NCBI GenBank assembly: GCA_963766735.1
Contig: CAVYBU010000002.1
Location: 295,697 to 359,696, forward strand
Direction of reading: 5' to 3'
Source of the DNA: an uncultured Chloroflexia bacterium
Lineage (GTDB): Bacteria > Chloroflexota > Limnocylindria > Limnocylindrales > CSP1-4
Length of the DNA stretch: 64,000 nucleotides
Below, in pieces: positions 40,857 to 50,643 of the stretch; the stretch's first letter is position 1, and every line of letters begins with the position of its first letter. A program made the position numbers and the translations under genes. A model generated the notes under the pieces. The model worked only from the letters and a program-made list of their open reading frames with translations, did no database searches and had not been told where the DNA came from.

Positions 40857-41680
40857 ATGCCTGCCACCGCCACGCGACGCCTGCGACTCGACCAGCTCCT
40901 CGTGGAGCGGGGCCTCGCCGATACGCGGTCGCGCGCCCAGGCACTGGTCATGGCGGGCCGGGTGCTGGTCGGCGAGGGCGATGCGGCGCGCCACGACCTC
41001 AAGTCCGGCGACCTCGTCGATCGCGGAGCCCCGGTGGCTGTCGCCGGTGGCCGGGAGTGGGTCAGCCGGGGAGCGCACAAGCTGATCGCCGCGCTGGATG
41101 CGTTCGAGATCGATCCGGCGGGCAGGGTGGCGGTCGACGTGGGAGCGTCGACGGGCGGCTTCACCGACGTCCTCCTGGAGCGGGGCGCGACCGGGTCTAC
41201 GCGGTGGACGTCGGGTACGGCCAGCTGGCGGAGAAGCTCAGGCGGGACCCTCGCGTGGTGTCCATGGAGCGGGTCAACGCCCGGACCCTGACGCCGGAGA
41301 GCCTCCCGGAGACCGCAGATATGGCGGTCGTTGACGTCTCCTTCATCTCGCTGGCGCTGGTCCTGGCACCCGTGTCCTCGGTGCTCCGGGACGGCCGCGG
41401 ATCCATCGTGGCCCTGGTCAAGCCGCAGTTCGAGGCAGGTCGCGCGGATGCGAAGGGTGGCGTCGTCCGGGACCGGGACGTCCATCGCCGGGTCCTGGTC
41501 GAGACGGTCGCCCGGGCTGCAGCGCTGGGTCTGGGGACGCGGGGCGTCATCGCCTCGCCGATCCGCGGGCCCGAGGGCAACCGGGAGTTCCTGGCCTGGA
41601 TCGCGGCCGGGCCGTCCTGCGCCGAGGTCGAGGATCGGATCGAGGCCGCGGTCGCCGCGGCATGGGAGGGCACGGCGTGA
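40857..41680 (+). CDS. tlyA: TlyA-family RNA methyltransferase, frameshift near 41191
   Basis: RLDQLLV S4 domain, VSRGAHKL, DVGASTGGFTD, then shifted RVYAVDVGYGQL, DVSFISL, LVKPQFEAG, GPEGNREF. Confidence 0.9.
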
Positions 41681-42519
41681 GCGTCCGGCGCATCGGCTTC
41701 GTCTACAACCCGTCCAACGAGCTCGCCCTGGAGCTGCGGGAGCGCGGGGCGGGCTGGTGCCGGATGCGGGGCGTGGACCAGTGGGCGGCACCGGCCGGAG
41801 ACCTGGTCGCCCACCGCCGGGAGCTGCCGACGACGGACGTCCTCGTGGTCCTCGGTGGAGACGGGACGTTGCTGCTGGCGAGCCAGTCGGTGGCGGAGGT
41901 GGACGTGCCGATCCTGGGTGTGAACCTGGGCAAGGTGGGCTTCCTGTCGAAAGCGGAGGCGCACGAGCTGGAGAAGGTGCTGGAGAAGCTCGTGGCCGGG
42001 CAGTTCACGATCCGCGAACGGATGGGGCTCCTCGGCTCGATCCTGCCGGGTGGCCGCCCGTCCGACGACACGTTCACGGCCCTCAACGACATCGTCGTCG
42101 CCCGCGGCTCGCTGGCGCGCGTCGTCCGCGTTGCCGTCTCGATCGACGAGTCCCACCTCGCCACGTTCGTCGCGGACGGCCTGGTGGTCGCCAGCCCCAC
42201 CGGCTCCACCGGGTACTCGTTCTCGGCCGGGGGCCCGATCGTCGATCCGCAGAGCTGGAACCTGATCGTGACCCCCATCGCCGGCTATCTCTCGGCCATC
42301 CGCTCGGTCGTCGTCTCGCCCACCCAGGTCGTCCGCTGCCGGGTCGTGGCTGCGGACGAGGCGCTTGTGAGCATCGACGGACGCGAGGACCGTCGGATCG
42401 AGGTGGGTGACGTCGTGGAGGTCCGGGCCCTGGAGCGGCCGATCCGGTTCGTGGAGCCCGCGGGCGCACTCCCGTTCTGGGACCTCCTGCGGACGAAGGT
42501 CGAGCTGCTGCCGTCCTGA
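41677..42519 (+). CDS. nadK: NAD kinase
   Basis: LGGDGTLL, GVNLGKVGFL, ALND, ADGLVVASPTGSTGYSFSAGGP. Confidence 0.95.
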   Translation: MSVRRIGFVYNPSNELALELRERGAGWCRMRGVDQWAAPAGDLVAHRRELPTTDVLVVLGGDGTLLLASQSVAEVDVPILGVNLGKVGFLSKAEAHELEKVLEKLVAGQFTIRERMGLLGSILPGGRPSDDTFTALNDIVVARGSLARVVRVAVSIDESHLATFVADGLVVASPTGSTGYSFSAGGPIVDPQSWNLIVTPIAGYLSAIRSVVVSPTQVVRCRVVAADEALVSIDGREDRRIEVGDVVEVRALERPIRFVEPAGALPFWDLLRTKVELLPS

Positions 42520-42521
42520 CG

Positions 42522-44249
42522 ATGGCGATCGACCGTACGCCGGCCCGGGCGGGCCGCCTGCTGGAGCTGGCGGTGAGCGATCTTGCGCTCATCGACCGCC
42601 TCCGGCTGTCGTTCGAGGCGGGCCTGAACGTGCTGACCGGTGAGACGGGTGCTGGCAAGAGCCTCCTGATCGATGCGCTGGGGCTGGCCCTGGGTGCGCG
42701 CGCGGATACGACGCTGGTCCGGCACGGGGCCGATGGCGCGCGCGTGGAGGCACTGTTCGACAGGGTGCCGGAGCCGTTCATCGCCGCCCGCGAGATCAGC
42801 AGCACCGGCCGGTCCACCGCACGGCTGGACGACGAGACCGTCACGGCCGGCCGCCTGGCGCTGGCGACGGCCGGGCTGGTGGAGATCCACGGCCAGCACG
42901 ACCAGCAGCGGCTCTTGGACGAGGGCTGGCAGCGTGACCTGCTCGACGCGTTCGGCGGGCACGGGGACGCGCGGGCACTGGTGGCCACCACGGTGGAGCG
43001 CTGGCGCGCGAACCGGGCGGCGCTCGTGGTGCTGGACCTGGACCCGCGCGAGGTTCTCCGCCGGCTTGACCTGCTGGAGCACGAGGCTGCGGAGATCGAC
43101 GGCGCGCGGCTCCGGCCCGGCGAGGCGGACGAGATCACGCGCCAGCTCGCGGCGGCGCAGCACGCGGAGACGATCATCGGCGGGGCCGCCGCCGTGCGCG
43201 AGACGCTGCTGGGCGACGGAAGCGGTGCGCGTGAGCGGATCGCCCGGGCGGAGCATGAGCTGCACACGCTCGCTCGCGTCGACGAGCGCTGGCGTCCGCT
43301 GGCTGACAGGCTCACCGGCCTGGAGGCGGAGCTGGAGGACGTTGCCGCCGAGGTCCGTTCGCTGGCCGATACCGTGGACCATGACCCGGCCTCGCTCGCG
43401 CGGCTGGAGGACCGCCTGGGTGAGATCCACAGGCTCCTCCGCCGGTACGGTGACGACGAGGAATCGGTCATCGCCCATCACGAGCGCACCGCGGTGGAGA
43501 TCGCCCGGCTGCGGGGCCTGGAGGAGGAGCGGGCGAGACGCGCCGAGGAGGATGCCCGCCTGCTGCTCCAGGTGGCCGATGCGGCAGCCTCGCTCTCGAT
43601 CCTGCGCTCGCGGACGGCCGCTGAGCTGGGGAGGGCGGTATCGGTCGTGCTGGCCGAGCTCGGGTTCCCGGTGGAAGCCTTCCTCGTGGCGATGGGCCGC
43701 CGGCCCGCCGCGCGCGACGACCCCGCGGTCGAGGTGGACGGGGACGCGGTTGCGTTCGACGCCACCGGCATCGACACCGTGGTGTTCACGTTCCGGCCGA
43801 ACCCCGGGGAGCCCGCGAAGCCGCTCGCGCGGATCGCATCGGGCGGCGAGCTGTCGCGCGTTGCCCTGGCCGTGAAGCAGGTGCTGGCGGGCGTTGACGA
43901 CACGCCGACGCTCGTGTTCGACGAGATCGACTCCGGGATCGGCGGGCGGAGCGCGGACCCGGTCGGCCGGAGCCTGTGGGCACTGGCGCGCGACCACCAG
44001 GTGCTGTGCGTCACCCACCTGCCGCAGATCGCCGCCTACGCGGATGCGCACTACCGGATCGCCAAGCGTGAGCGGGACGGACGCACCGTGACGGAGGTCG
44101 CGAGGTTGTCCGACGCGGAGCGGGAGACCGAGCTGGCCCAGATGGTCGGTGGACCCGACGGCGGAGAGGCGTCGCGGCTCTCTGCCCGGGAGCTGCTGGA
44201 CCGGGCCGGGGCGTGGCGCGCCGCGCGTCGCCCGGAGACGGTGGCCTGA
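42522..44249 (+). CDS. recN: DNA repair protein RecN
   Basis: LTGETGAGKS, EIHGQHDQ, ASGGELSR, FDEIDSGIGG, VTHLPQIAA. Confidence 0.95.
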   Translation: MAIDRTPARAGRLLELAVSDLALIDRLRLSFEAGLNVLTGETGAGKSLLIDALGLALGARADTTLVRHGADGARVEALFDRVPEPFIAAREISSTGRSTARLDDETVTAGRLALATAGLVEIHGQHDQQRLLDEGWQRDLLDAFGGHGDARALVATTVERWRANRAALVVLDLDPREVLRRLDLLEHEAAEIDGARLRPGEADEITRQLAAAQHAETIIGGAAAVRETLLGDGSGARERIARAEHELHTLARVDERWRPLADRLTGLEAELEDVAAEVRSLADTVDHDPASLARLEDRLGEIHRLLRRYGDDEESVIAHHERTAVEIARLRGLEEERARRAEEDARLLLQVADAAASLSILRSRTAAELGRAVSVVLAELGFPVEAFLVAMGRRPAARDDPAVEVDGDAVAFDATGIDTVVFTFRPNPGEPAKPLARIASGGELSRVALAVKQVLAGVDDTPTLVFDEIDSGIGGRSADPVGRSLWALARDHQVLCVTHLPQIAAYADAHYRIAKRERDGRTVTEVARLSDAERETELAQMVGGPDGGEASRLSARELLDRAGAWRAARRPETVA

Positions 44250-44257
44250 CGTCTGCC

Positions 44258-45220
44258 ATGGGTGCTGACGGTCCGGTCCTGGACCGCGCCATCGAGGAGT
44301 ACCTCGCCTACCTCCGGGTCGAGCGAGGGGTGGCCGAGGCGACCATCACCGCATACCGGGCGGATCTCGCGGACTTCGCGATGAGCCGCGGTGCCGCGCG
44401 TGACTGGGCAGCGGGCCCGGAGGTGGCCCACCGCTACCTGGCGGCCAGGGCCCGGCGCGGGCTGGGTTCCGATCCGGGGCTTGCCCCCAGCAGCCTCCGG
44501 CGGAGGGCGGCCTCCATCCGCGGGTTCTACCGGTTCGCCTTCGGGGACGGGCTGATCGCGGTCGACGTGGCCGCGCACCTGGACCTGCCCCGCCAGCCGC
44601 GCCTGCTCCCGGAGACGCTGACGGTGGACGAGGTCGAGCGCCTCCTGGAGGCCTCCGGCGGCGAGCCCGTCCACGGGCGGAGGCCGACGGGTGCGGACGG
44701 GGCCGCGCTGCGCGATCGGGCGCTGCTGGAGCTGCTGTACGCCGCCGGGCTCCGGGTGTCGGAAGCGCTGGCGCTGGACCTCGAGGACCTGGCGCTCGAT
44801 GGAGGTTTCGTGCGCGTCATCGGCAAGGGCGACAAGGAACGGGTGGTCCCGGTGGGGGAGGTGGCGCTTGCCTGGCTCGCCCGGTATCTCGCCTGGCCGC
44901 GCCCGGCCTGGCTCAAGTCCGTCAGACCCGTAGACGATCCGCGCGCGCCGCTGTTCCTCACCCAGCGGGGCGGCCGCCTCGGGCGGAGCCAGGCCTGGGC
45001 GACGGTCAAGCGCGCCGCCGCGGTGGCGGGTCTTGACGACCGGGTCTCGCCGCACACGCTGAGACACTCCTTCGCGACACACCTCCTGGAGGGTGGGGCC
45101 GACCTGCGGGTGGTCCAGGAGCTGCTGGGACATGCCAGCATCGCAACGACCCAGCTGTACACGCACCTTACGGGCGAGCGGATCCGCGAGGTCTACACGC
45201 GGGCGCACCCGCGCGCCTGA
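44258..45220 (+). CDS. xerD: Tyrosine recombinase XerD-like
   Basis: YLRVERG..T..AYR.DL, ELLYAAGLRVSE, GKGDKERVVP, HTLRHSFATH, TTQLYTH; lies upstream of scpAB. Confidence 0.87.
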   Translation: MGADGPVLDRAIEEYLAYLRVERGVAEATITAYRADLADFAMSRGAARDWAAGPEVAHRYLAARARRGLGSDPGLAPSSLRRRAASIRGFYRFAFGDGLIAVDVAAHLDLPRQPRLLPETLTVDEVERLLEASGGEPVHGRRPTGADGAALRDRALLELLYAAGLRVSEALALDLEDLALDGGFVRVIGKGDKERVVPVGEVALAWLARYLAWPRPAWLKSVRPVDDPRAPLFLTQRGGRLGRSQAWATVKRAAAVAGLDDRVSPHTLRHSFATHLLEGGADLRVVQELLGHASIATTQLYTHLTGERIREVYTRAHPRA

Positions 45221-45336
45221 CGAACCTCGCACGGTGCGGCCTGCGACGCCCGGAACGTGGGACAGGGATGCCATCCCGGCGAACGCCCGACGGCGGGTAC
45301 CATACGCGGGACTCCAAGACCCCCTGTGAGGCCCGC

Positions 45337-45972
45337 GTGTCCCTCAATCCTCAAGAGCTCGTCGCGAACCTGATCCTGATCGGGATCTTCCTGCTGGTGG
45401 CCTTCCCGGTCCACGAGTTCGCACATGCCGCCGCCGCCTACATGCAGGGCGATGCCACCGCCAAGCTGTTCGGGAGGATGACCCTCAACCCCATCGTCCA
45501 CTTCGACCGGTTCGGCGGGATGATGGTGGTCATCACGGTCTTCCTCACCCCGTTCCTGTTCGGCTGGGCGAAGCCGACGCCCGTCAATCCATCCAACCTT
45601 CGCGACCGCCGCAACGGCGAGCTGTACGTGGCGGTCGCCGGCCCAGCCTCGAACCTGGTGATGGCGATCCTGGGCGCGATCGTGTTCCGGGTGCTGTTCG
45701 CCGTCGGCGCACCCCTGCCTGACATCGGGTGGTACGCGATCTGGATGTTCGTTGTGTTCAATGTCGCGCTCGCGATCTTCAACCTGATCCCGATCCCGCC
45801 GCTCGACGGCTCGGCCCTGCTGTTCCGGTTCCTGTCACCGGACCAGGTGTGGCGGGTCCGCCCGCTCCTGGCGCAGTACGGGTTCTTCGTGCTGATCGCG
45901 TTCATCCTCCTCCTCAGCCGCCCGCTCTCGGAGCTGATCTACGGTGTCGCGAACCTCCTGGTGGGCGCGTAA
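45337..45972 (+). CDS. Site-2 protease (M50)
   Basis: VHEFAH, GDATAK..GRMTLNP, AGPASNL, FNLIPIPPLDG. Confidence 0.92.
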   Translation: MSLNPQELVANLILIGIFLLVAFPVHEFAHAAAAYMQGDATAKLFGRMTLNPIVHFDRFGGMMVVITVFLTPFLFGWAKPTPVNPSNLRDRRNGELYVAVAGPASNLVMAILGAIVFRVLFAVGAPLPDIGWYAIWMFVVFNVALAIFNLIPIPPLDGSALLFRFLSPDQVWRVRPLLAQYGFFVLIAFILLLSRPLSELIYGVANLLVGA

Positions 45973-46441
45973 GGCCCGCCAGCTCCGGACACACCTCCTC
46001 GCCCGCGTGAGCCCGGAGGAGCGCCGGACGCTGGCCGCCTGGACCCGCCCCGCCGAGCTCGACCTGTTCGATGCCATGCACGTCGCCGACCGCCGTCACG
46101 GGCTGGACGTGGTTGCGCACCTGAGGCGTTCCGGCGTCACGGATCGCGACGTCCTGGCCGCAGGCCTGCTCCACGACTGCGCGAAGGGCGACACCGGGGC
46201 TGGGCCGCGCATCGCGTGGTCGCTGGGCCAGCTGCTGGGGTCGTGGGTCCCCGCCGCAGCCGCCCGCCTGCCGGGCTGGGGCGACGCGATGGACCGCCTT
46301 CGCGATCACGCCGGGGCCTCGGCCGATGCCCTGGCGGATGCCGGGCTGCCGCCGCGGGCCGTGGACCTCGTCCGCTACCAGGAGGCCCCGCGGGACCCGG
46401 AATACGGCACCCGCTTCCACGCCGCCGACGAGGCCTGCTGA
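45944..46441 (+). CDS. HD-domain protein
   Basis: ADRRHG..V, AGLLHDCAKG, DHAGASA, HAADE. Start uncertain. Confidence 0.75.
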   Translation: MSRTSWWARKARQLRTHLLARVSPEERRTLAAWTRPAELDLFDAMHVADRRHGLDVVAHLRRSGVTDRDVLAAGLLHDCAKGDTGAGPRIAWSLGQLLGSWVPAAAARLPGWGDAMDRLRDHAGASADALADAGLPPRAVDLVRYQEAPRDPEYGTRFHAADEAC

Positions 46442-47322
46442 TGACCCTCGTCGCGTCCTCCGCCGTCCCGCCGTCCGTCGCCTTCGAGGAGGGCCGCCGT
46501 CCCGAGTCTGCGACACGGGTGACGCTGCCAGCGTTCGACGGCCCGCTGGCCATGCTGCTCGCCCTGATCGAGGCCCGCCAGATGGACGTCCTGACGGTGC
46601 CATTGGGCGCGCTGGCCGATGCGTACCTCGACGCGCTTGCCTCTCTGGACGGAGACCGGATGGGGAACGTGTCCACCTTCGTCGCCGTCGCCAGCCAGCT
46701 GATCCTGATCAAGTCGCGGGCTCTCCTGCCGCGACGGGTGGTTGAGGGCGCGGTCCCTCTCCCTGACGAGGGCCCGGACCCGGAGGCGGAGCTGCGCGCC
46801 CGTCTCATCCTGTACCGGGCATTCCGCGACGGGGGTGCCAGGCTGCAGGAGGGCGCGCAGGCGCGCGTCGGGCTGTTCCACCGGGAGCCCACGGCGTCGC
46901 GCGCGGCGGGCATCGCGGGTGCCACGCCCGCCGTACCGGACCCGTTGTCGCCGTCCCTCCTGGTGGCTGCGCTCGAGGGCATCGCCCGCGTCGCGCCGCC
47001 GGCCCCGCTGCCGCCCGAGACCATCCGCCGCACCATCACGCTGGCGCAGCGGGCCGCGCTCATCCGCCGCGCCCTTGACGGGGCCCCGGCCATCGTGCTG
47101 CAGGAGCTCCTTCGGGGGGTGCGCGATAGAGTCGTCGCGGCGGTCACGTTCCTCGCGATGCTCGAGCTCATGAAGCGGCACGAGATCGTGGTGGAGCAGA
47201 CCGGACCCTTCGGTCCCATCACCGTGCGCCGAACCACCGCTGAGGAGCGTGCCGCCGCCGGGATCACCGGGGCGATCGACGAGGAGGCCCCGATGGACGA
47301 GTCGCTGGAGTCCTTCTCATGA
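46441..47322 (+). CDS. scpA: Segregation and condensation protein A
   Basis: FDGPLAMLLALI, ASQLILIKSRALLP, VTFLAMLELMK, Q..PFGPI. Confidence 0.93.
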   Translation: MTLVASSAVPPSVAFEEGRRPESATRVTLPAFDGPLAMLLALIEARQMDVLTVPLGALADAYLDALASLDGDRMGNVSTFVAVASQLILIKSRALLPRRVVEGAVPLPDEGPDPEAELRARLILYRAFRDGGARLQEGAQARVGLFHREPTASRAAGIAGATPAVPDPLSPSLLVAALEGIARVAPPAPLPPETIRRTITLAQRAALIRRALDGAPAIVLQELLRGVRDRVVAAVTFLAMLELMKRHEIVVEQTGPFGPITVRRTTAEERAAAGITGAIDEEAPMDESLESFS

Positions 47323-48086
47323 GCGAGGAGCTGGCGCCTCAGCGTGATTGGCCGGCGCCTGCGGGCGAGGAGGAACTGCCGCTTCCGGGCGAGGAGCTGC
47401 CGCCCGTGGTCGACGAGGAGCTGCCGGATGGCGAGGAGTCGCCGCCGGAGGCGATCCTGACGGAGAGCCAGCTGGAGGCCCTGCTCTTCGTTGCGGAGCG
47501 GCCGCTGTCCCGGCGCGAGATCGGGACCATCGCTGGCGTGGACCGGGCGACGGTCGACGAGCGTCTGGGTGACCTGGAGGTTGCTCTGGCCGATCGCGGG
47601 ATCCGCCTGGCCCTGTCCGGAGATCGCGTGGAGCTCGTCACGGCACCCGACGCCGGCGCCCTCATCGCCCGCTACGTCGGGGCGGACGCAGTACGGCTCT
47701 CACCTGCGGCGCTCGAGACCCTGGCGATCGTCGCGTACCGCCAGCCCGTCACGAAGAGCGGCGTCGAGCGGATCCGCGGCGTGGACTCCGACTACAGCAT
47801 CCGCGGCCTGATACACCGTCGCCTGGTCGTGGAGCTCGGCCGCTCTGACGCACCCGGGCGTCCCAACCTGTACGGCACGGGTTTCGAGTTCCTGGAGCGC
47901 TTCGGCCTCGTCTCGCTGGACGACCTGCCGCCGCTGGACCTGGACGTGGCCGCGCGACTCGTGGACGGGCCGGATGGGACCGGCGATCCCGTGGCGAACC
48001 TCGCCGCCGCGGCGGTGGCCGCAACCTCTGGAGACCGCGCGGTGGACGGATACGGCGCAGCGGGCGATCCGGACGAGGAGGACTGA
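47319..48086 (+). CDS. scpB: Segregation and condensation protein B
   Basis: LEALLF, LSPAALETLAIVAYRQPVT, IRGVDS, PGRPNLYGT..FLERFGL. Confidence 0.95.
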   Translation: MSEELAPQRDWPAPAGEEELPLPGEELPPVVDEELPDGEESPPEAILTESQLEALLFVAERPLSRREIGTIAGVDRATVDERLGDLEVALADRGIRLALSGDRVELVTAPDAGALIARYVGADAVRLSPAALETLAIVAYRQPVTKSGVERIRGVDSDYSIRGLIHRRLVVELGRSDAPGRPNLYGTGFEFLERFGLVSLDDLPPLDLDVAARLVDGPDGTGDPVANLAAAAVAATSGDRAVDGYGAAGDPDEED

Positions 48087-48089
48087 CCC

Positions 48090-48878
48090 GTGCCGGCGGA
48101 GCGGATCTCCAAGGTCCTGGCCGCCGCGGGCGTGGCGTCGCGCCGCGGTGCCGACGAGCTGGTGGCCGCGGGCCGCGTGACGGTTGATGGTCGTCCGGCG
48201 GTCCTCGGGGAGCGCGTGGACCCCGAGACCCAGCGGATCGAGGTGTCCGGAAGGCTCCTGCGCATACCCGAGGCGCGCCCGATCCACCTGGCCCTGCACA
48301 AGCCGATGGGCGTCACCTCCACGGTGAAGGATCGCCATGCGGATCGGACGATCGTGGACCTGGTGCCGGCAGAGCTGTCGCGCGGCGCCCGGCTCTACCC
48401 GGTGGGCCGCCTGGACCAGGATTCGGAGGGGTTGATCCTGGTCACGAACGACGGCGACTGGGCAGAGCGGGTCCTGCACCCCAGGTACGGCGTGGAGCGC
48501 GAGTACGCCGTGGGCCTGGCCCAGCAGCTGACGCGCGCCCAGGCCGAGGCGCTGGAGACGGGCGTCGAGCTGTCCGAGGGTGTCGCCACGGTGACGGGTC
48601 TGCGCGGCCAGACCAATACCGAGGATCGGCGCCTCGCCGACATGCTTGAGCCTCGGCCCGACCATCGCCTGGTCTGGGTCCGCGTGACCATTCACCAGGG
48701 GTGGAAGCGCCAGCTCCGCCGGATGTTCGCGGAGGTCGGCGCGCCGGTCAGGCGCCTTGTCCGGGTGCGCATCGGAGCGCTCCGCCTGGAGGGTCTCGCG
48801 GCGGGCGACGTCCGCCCTCTCACCCCGGCCGAGGTCCGCCGCCTCGGGGTGGGCGCCGTGGAGCGTGACGCAAGGTGA
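48090..48878 (+). CDS. rluB: rRNA pseudouridine synthase (RsuA/RluB family)
   Basis: S4 domain GVASRR, HKPMG, YPVGRLDQDSEGL, RQLRRMF. Confidence 0.88.
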   Translation: MPAERISKVLAAAGVASRRGADELVAAGRVTVDGRPAVLGERVDPETQRIEVSGRLLRIPEARPIHLALHKPMGVTSTVKDRHADRTIVDLVPAELSRGARLYPVGRLDQDSEGLILVTNDGDWAERVLHPRYGVEREYAVGLAQQLTRAQAEALETGVELSEGVATVTGLRGQTNTEDRRLADMLEPRPDHRLVWVRVTIHQGWKRQLRRMFAEVGAPVRRLVRVRIGALRLEGLAAGDVRPLTPAEVRRLGVGAVERDAR

Positions 48879-48981
48879 GCGATCCGCGGCTGGCCATCCG
48901 CCACCTCCCTCGGCATGTCGCGCCGAAACGCGCGCCGGTCCTCGCGGCTGGGGCAGCCACCCCCGGGCTATGCTCCGGGTG

Positions 48982-50589
48982 ATGTCAGCCATGCCCGCAG
49001 AGCCCGCGACCCGCATCATCGTCGCCCTCGATGGTCCTGCCTCGAGCGGCAAGAGCAGCGTGGGTTCGGCGGCCGCGGCGCGGCTGGGGCTTCGCTTCGT
49101 CGATACGGGCCTCATCTACCGCGCGCTGACCGCGCTGGCACGGCGCGAAGGTGTGGCCACAGACGACGCCGCGGGCCTGGTGGCGCTGGTGGACCGCGTG
49201 GCCCTGGGCGATGACGGCGCCGGGCGACTGGCCAGGGTCCTGCTGGATGGTGACGATGCCACGGACACCGTGCACACCCAGGAGGTTGACGCCGCCGTGT
49301 CCGCCGTCGCCAGGGTGCCGGAGGTCCGGGCCGCGCTCATGGGCCGTCAGCGGGCGCTCACCGCGGGCGGCGGGATCATCCTCGCCGGGCGGGACATCGG
49401 CACGGTCGTGCTGCCGGATGCGCCGCTCAAGCTGTACCTCGACGCGTCCGTCGCGGAGCGCGCATCGCGCCGGATCGCGGAGCGCGGCCTGGATCCCGAG
49501 GGTGGCGAGGCGAACCTCGTGCGCGAGCAGCTGCGAGCCAGGGACGCGCAGGATCGCGGGCGTGCGGTGGCGCCGCTCCGCCCGGCCACCGACGCGGTGG
49601 TGATCTCGACAGACGGCCTCGGCTTCGAGCAGGCGGTGGACCTGGTGGCGACGGCGATCGCTCGCGCGGAGACGACGGACGCCAGCCCGGTGGGAAACGG
49701 CACGCCAGCCCCGGCCGGCGGGCCAGCCCCTTCCGCCTCGCCAACCCCGGCCCCTGCGCCGGCCGACATCGTGGCCTTGGCCGGGACGGGCGCCGCGACT
49801 CCAGCCCCGGCCCCGGCGCCGGCGAAGGCCGAGCCCGCGGCACCCGCCAGGCGGAGCCGGATCCTCGAGACGGCGATGCGCCTGGACAATGACCAGACCA
49901 TCCTCGTGCGGATGACCGCGCTCGTCGCACGGATCTTCTCGCGCGTGATCGCGCGGATCCGGTTCGAAGGCCTGGACCGGATCCCGCGGACGGGACCCGT
50001 GATCCTCTCCCTCAACCACATCTCCAACCTGGATGCCGTGGTGTCGGGCGCGTGGATCACGCCCGCGCTCAAGCACCGCCGGATCCACTGGCTCGGCAAG
50101 CGCGAGCTGTTCGACTGGCCGTTTCTCGGCTGGCTCGCGGCCCACGGGGGCGTCCATCCGGTAGACCGCGGGACCGCGGACGTGGAGGCCTTCCGCCTGG
50201 CTATCCGGATCCTGGAGGCCGGCGACGTCCTGCTGATCTTTCCCGAGGGCACGCGCAGCCCCACTGGCGAGCTCCAGGAGGCGAAGGACGGTCTGGCGAC
50301 GCTGGCAATTCGGACCGGTGCCATGATCGTCCCGATCGGTGTCAACAACAGCGATGCCGTGTGGGCGAAGGGCCGCAAGCTGCCAAGCCCCTTCCCGCGG
50401 CGCACCATCACGGTGCGGATCGGGCGCCCGTTCCAGGCGGTTGACGTGGTGCCCGCCGGGACGGAACGACGCGCGGCGAAGGCCGTCGCCACGGGCGCGA
50501 TCATGGGCCGCATCGCCGCCCTCCTCGAACCGCGTCATCGGGGCGCCTACGCCGCGGCCGTCGGCGAGGAGACCACGCCCGAACCGTGA
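48982..50589 (+). CDS. cmk: Cytidylate kinase fused to 1-acyl-sn-glycerol-3-phosphate acyltransferase (PlsC)
   Basis: ALDGPASSGKS, DTGLIYRA, GRDIGTVVLPDA; Pro/Ala linker; NHISNLD, FPEGTRS. Confidence 0.9.
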   Translation: MSAMPAEPATRIIVALDGPASSGKSSVGSAAAARLGLRFVDTGLIYRALTALARREGVATDDAAGLVALVDRVALGDDGAGRLARVLLDGDDATDTVHTQEVDAAVSAVARVPEVRAALMGRQRALTAGGGIILAGRDIGTVVLPDAPLKLYLDASVAERASRRIAERGLDPEGGEANLVREQLRARDAQDRGRAVAPLRPATDAVVISTDGLGFEQAVDLVATAIARAETTDASPVGNGTPAPAGGPAPSASPTPAPAPADIVALAGTGAATPAPAPAPAKAEPAAPARRSRILETAMRLDNDQTILVRMTALVARIFSRVIARIRFEGLDRIPRTGPVILSLNHISNLDAVVSGAWITPALKHRRIHWLGKRELFDWPFLGWLAAHGGVHPVDRGTADVEAFRLAIRILEAGDVLLIFPEGTRSPTGELQEAKDGLATLAIRTGAMIVPIGVNNSDAVWAKGRKLPSPFPRRTITVRIGRPFQAVDVVPAGTERRAAKAVATGAIMGRIAALLEPRHRGAYAAAVGEETTPEP

Positions 50590-50643
50590 CCGGGACGTTC
50601 GCCTGACGGCGGAAACCCCGCACGTATGCGAACATCGGCAGCT

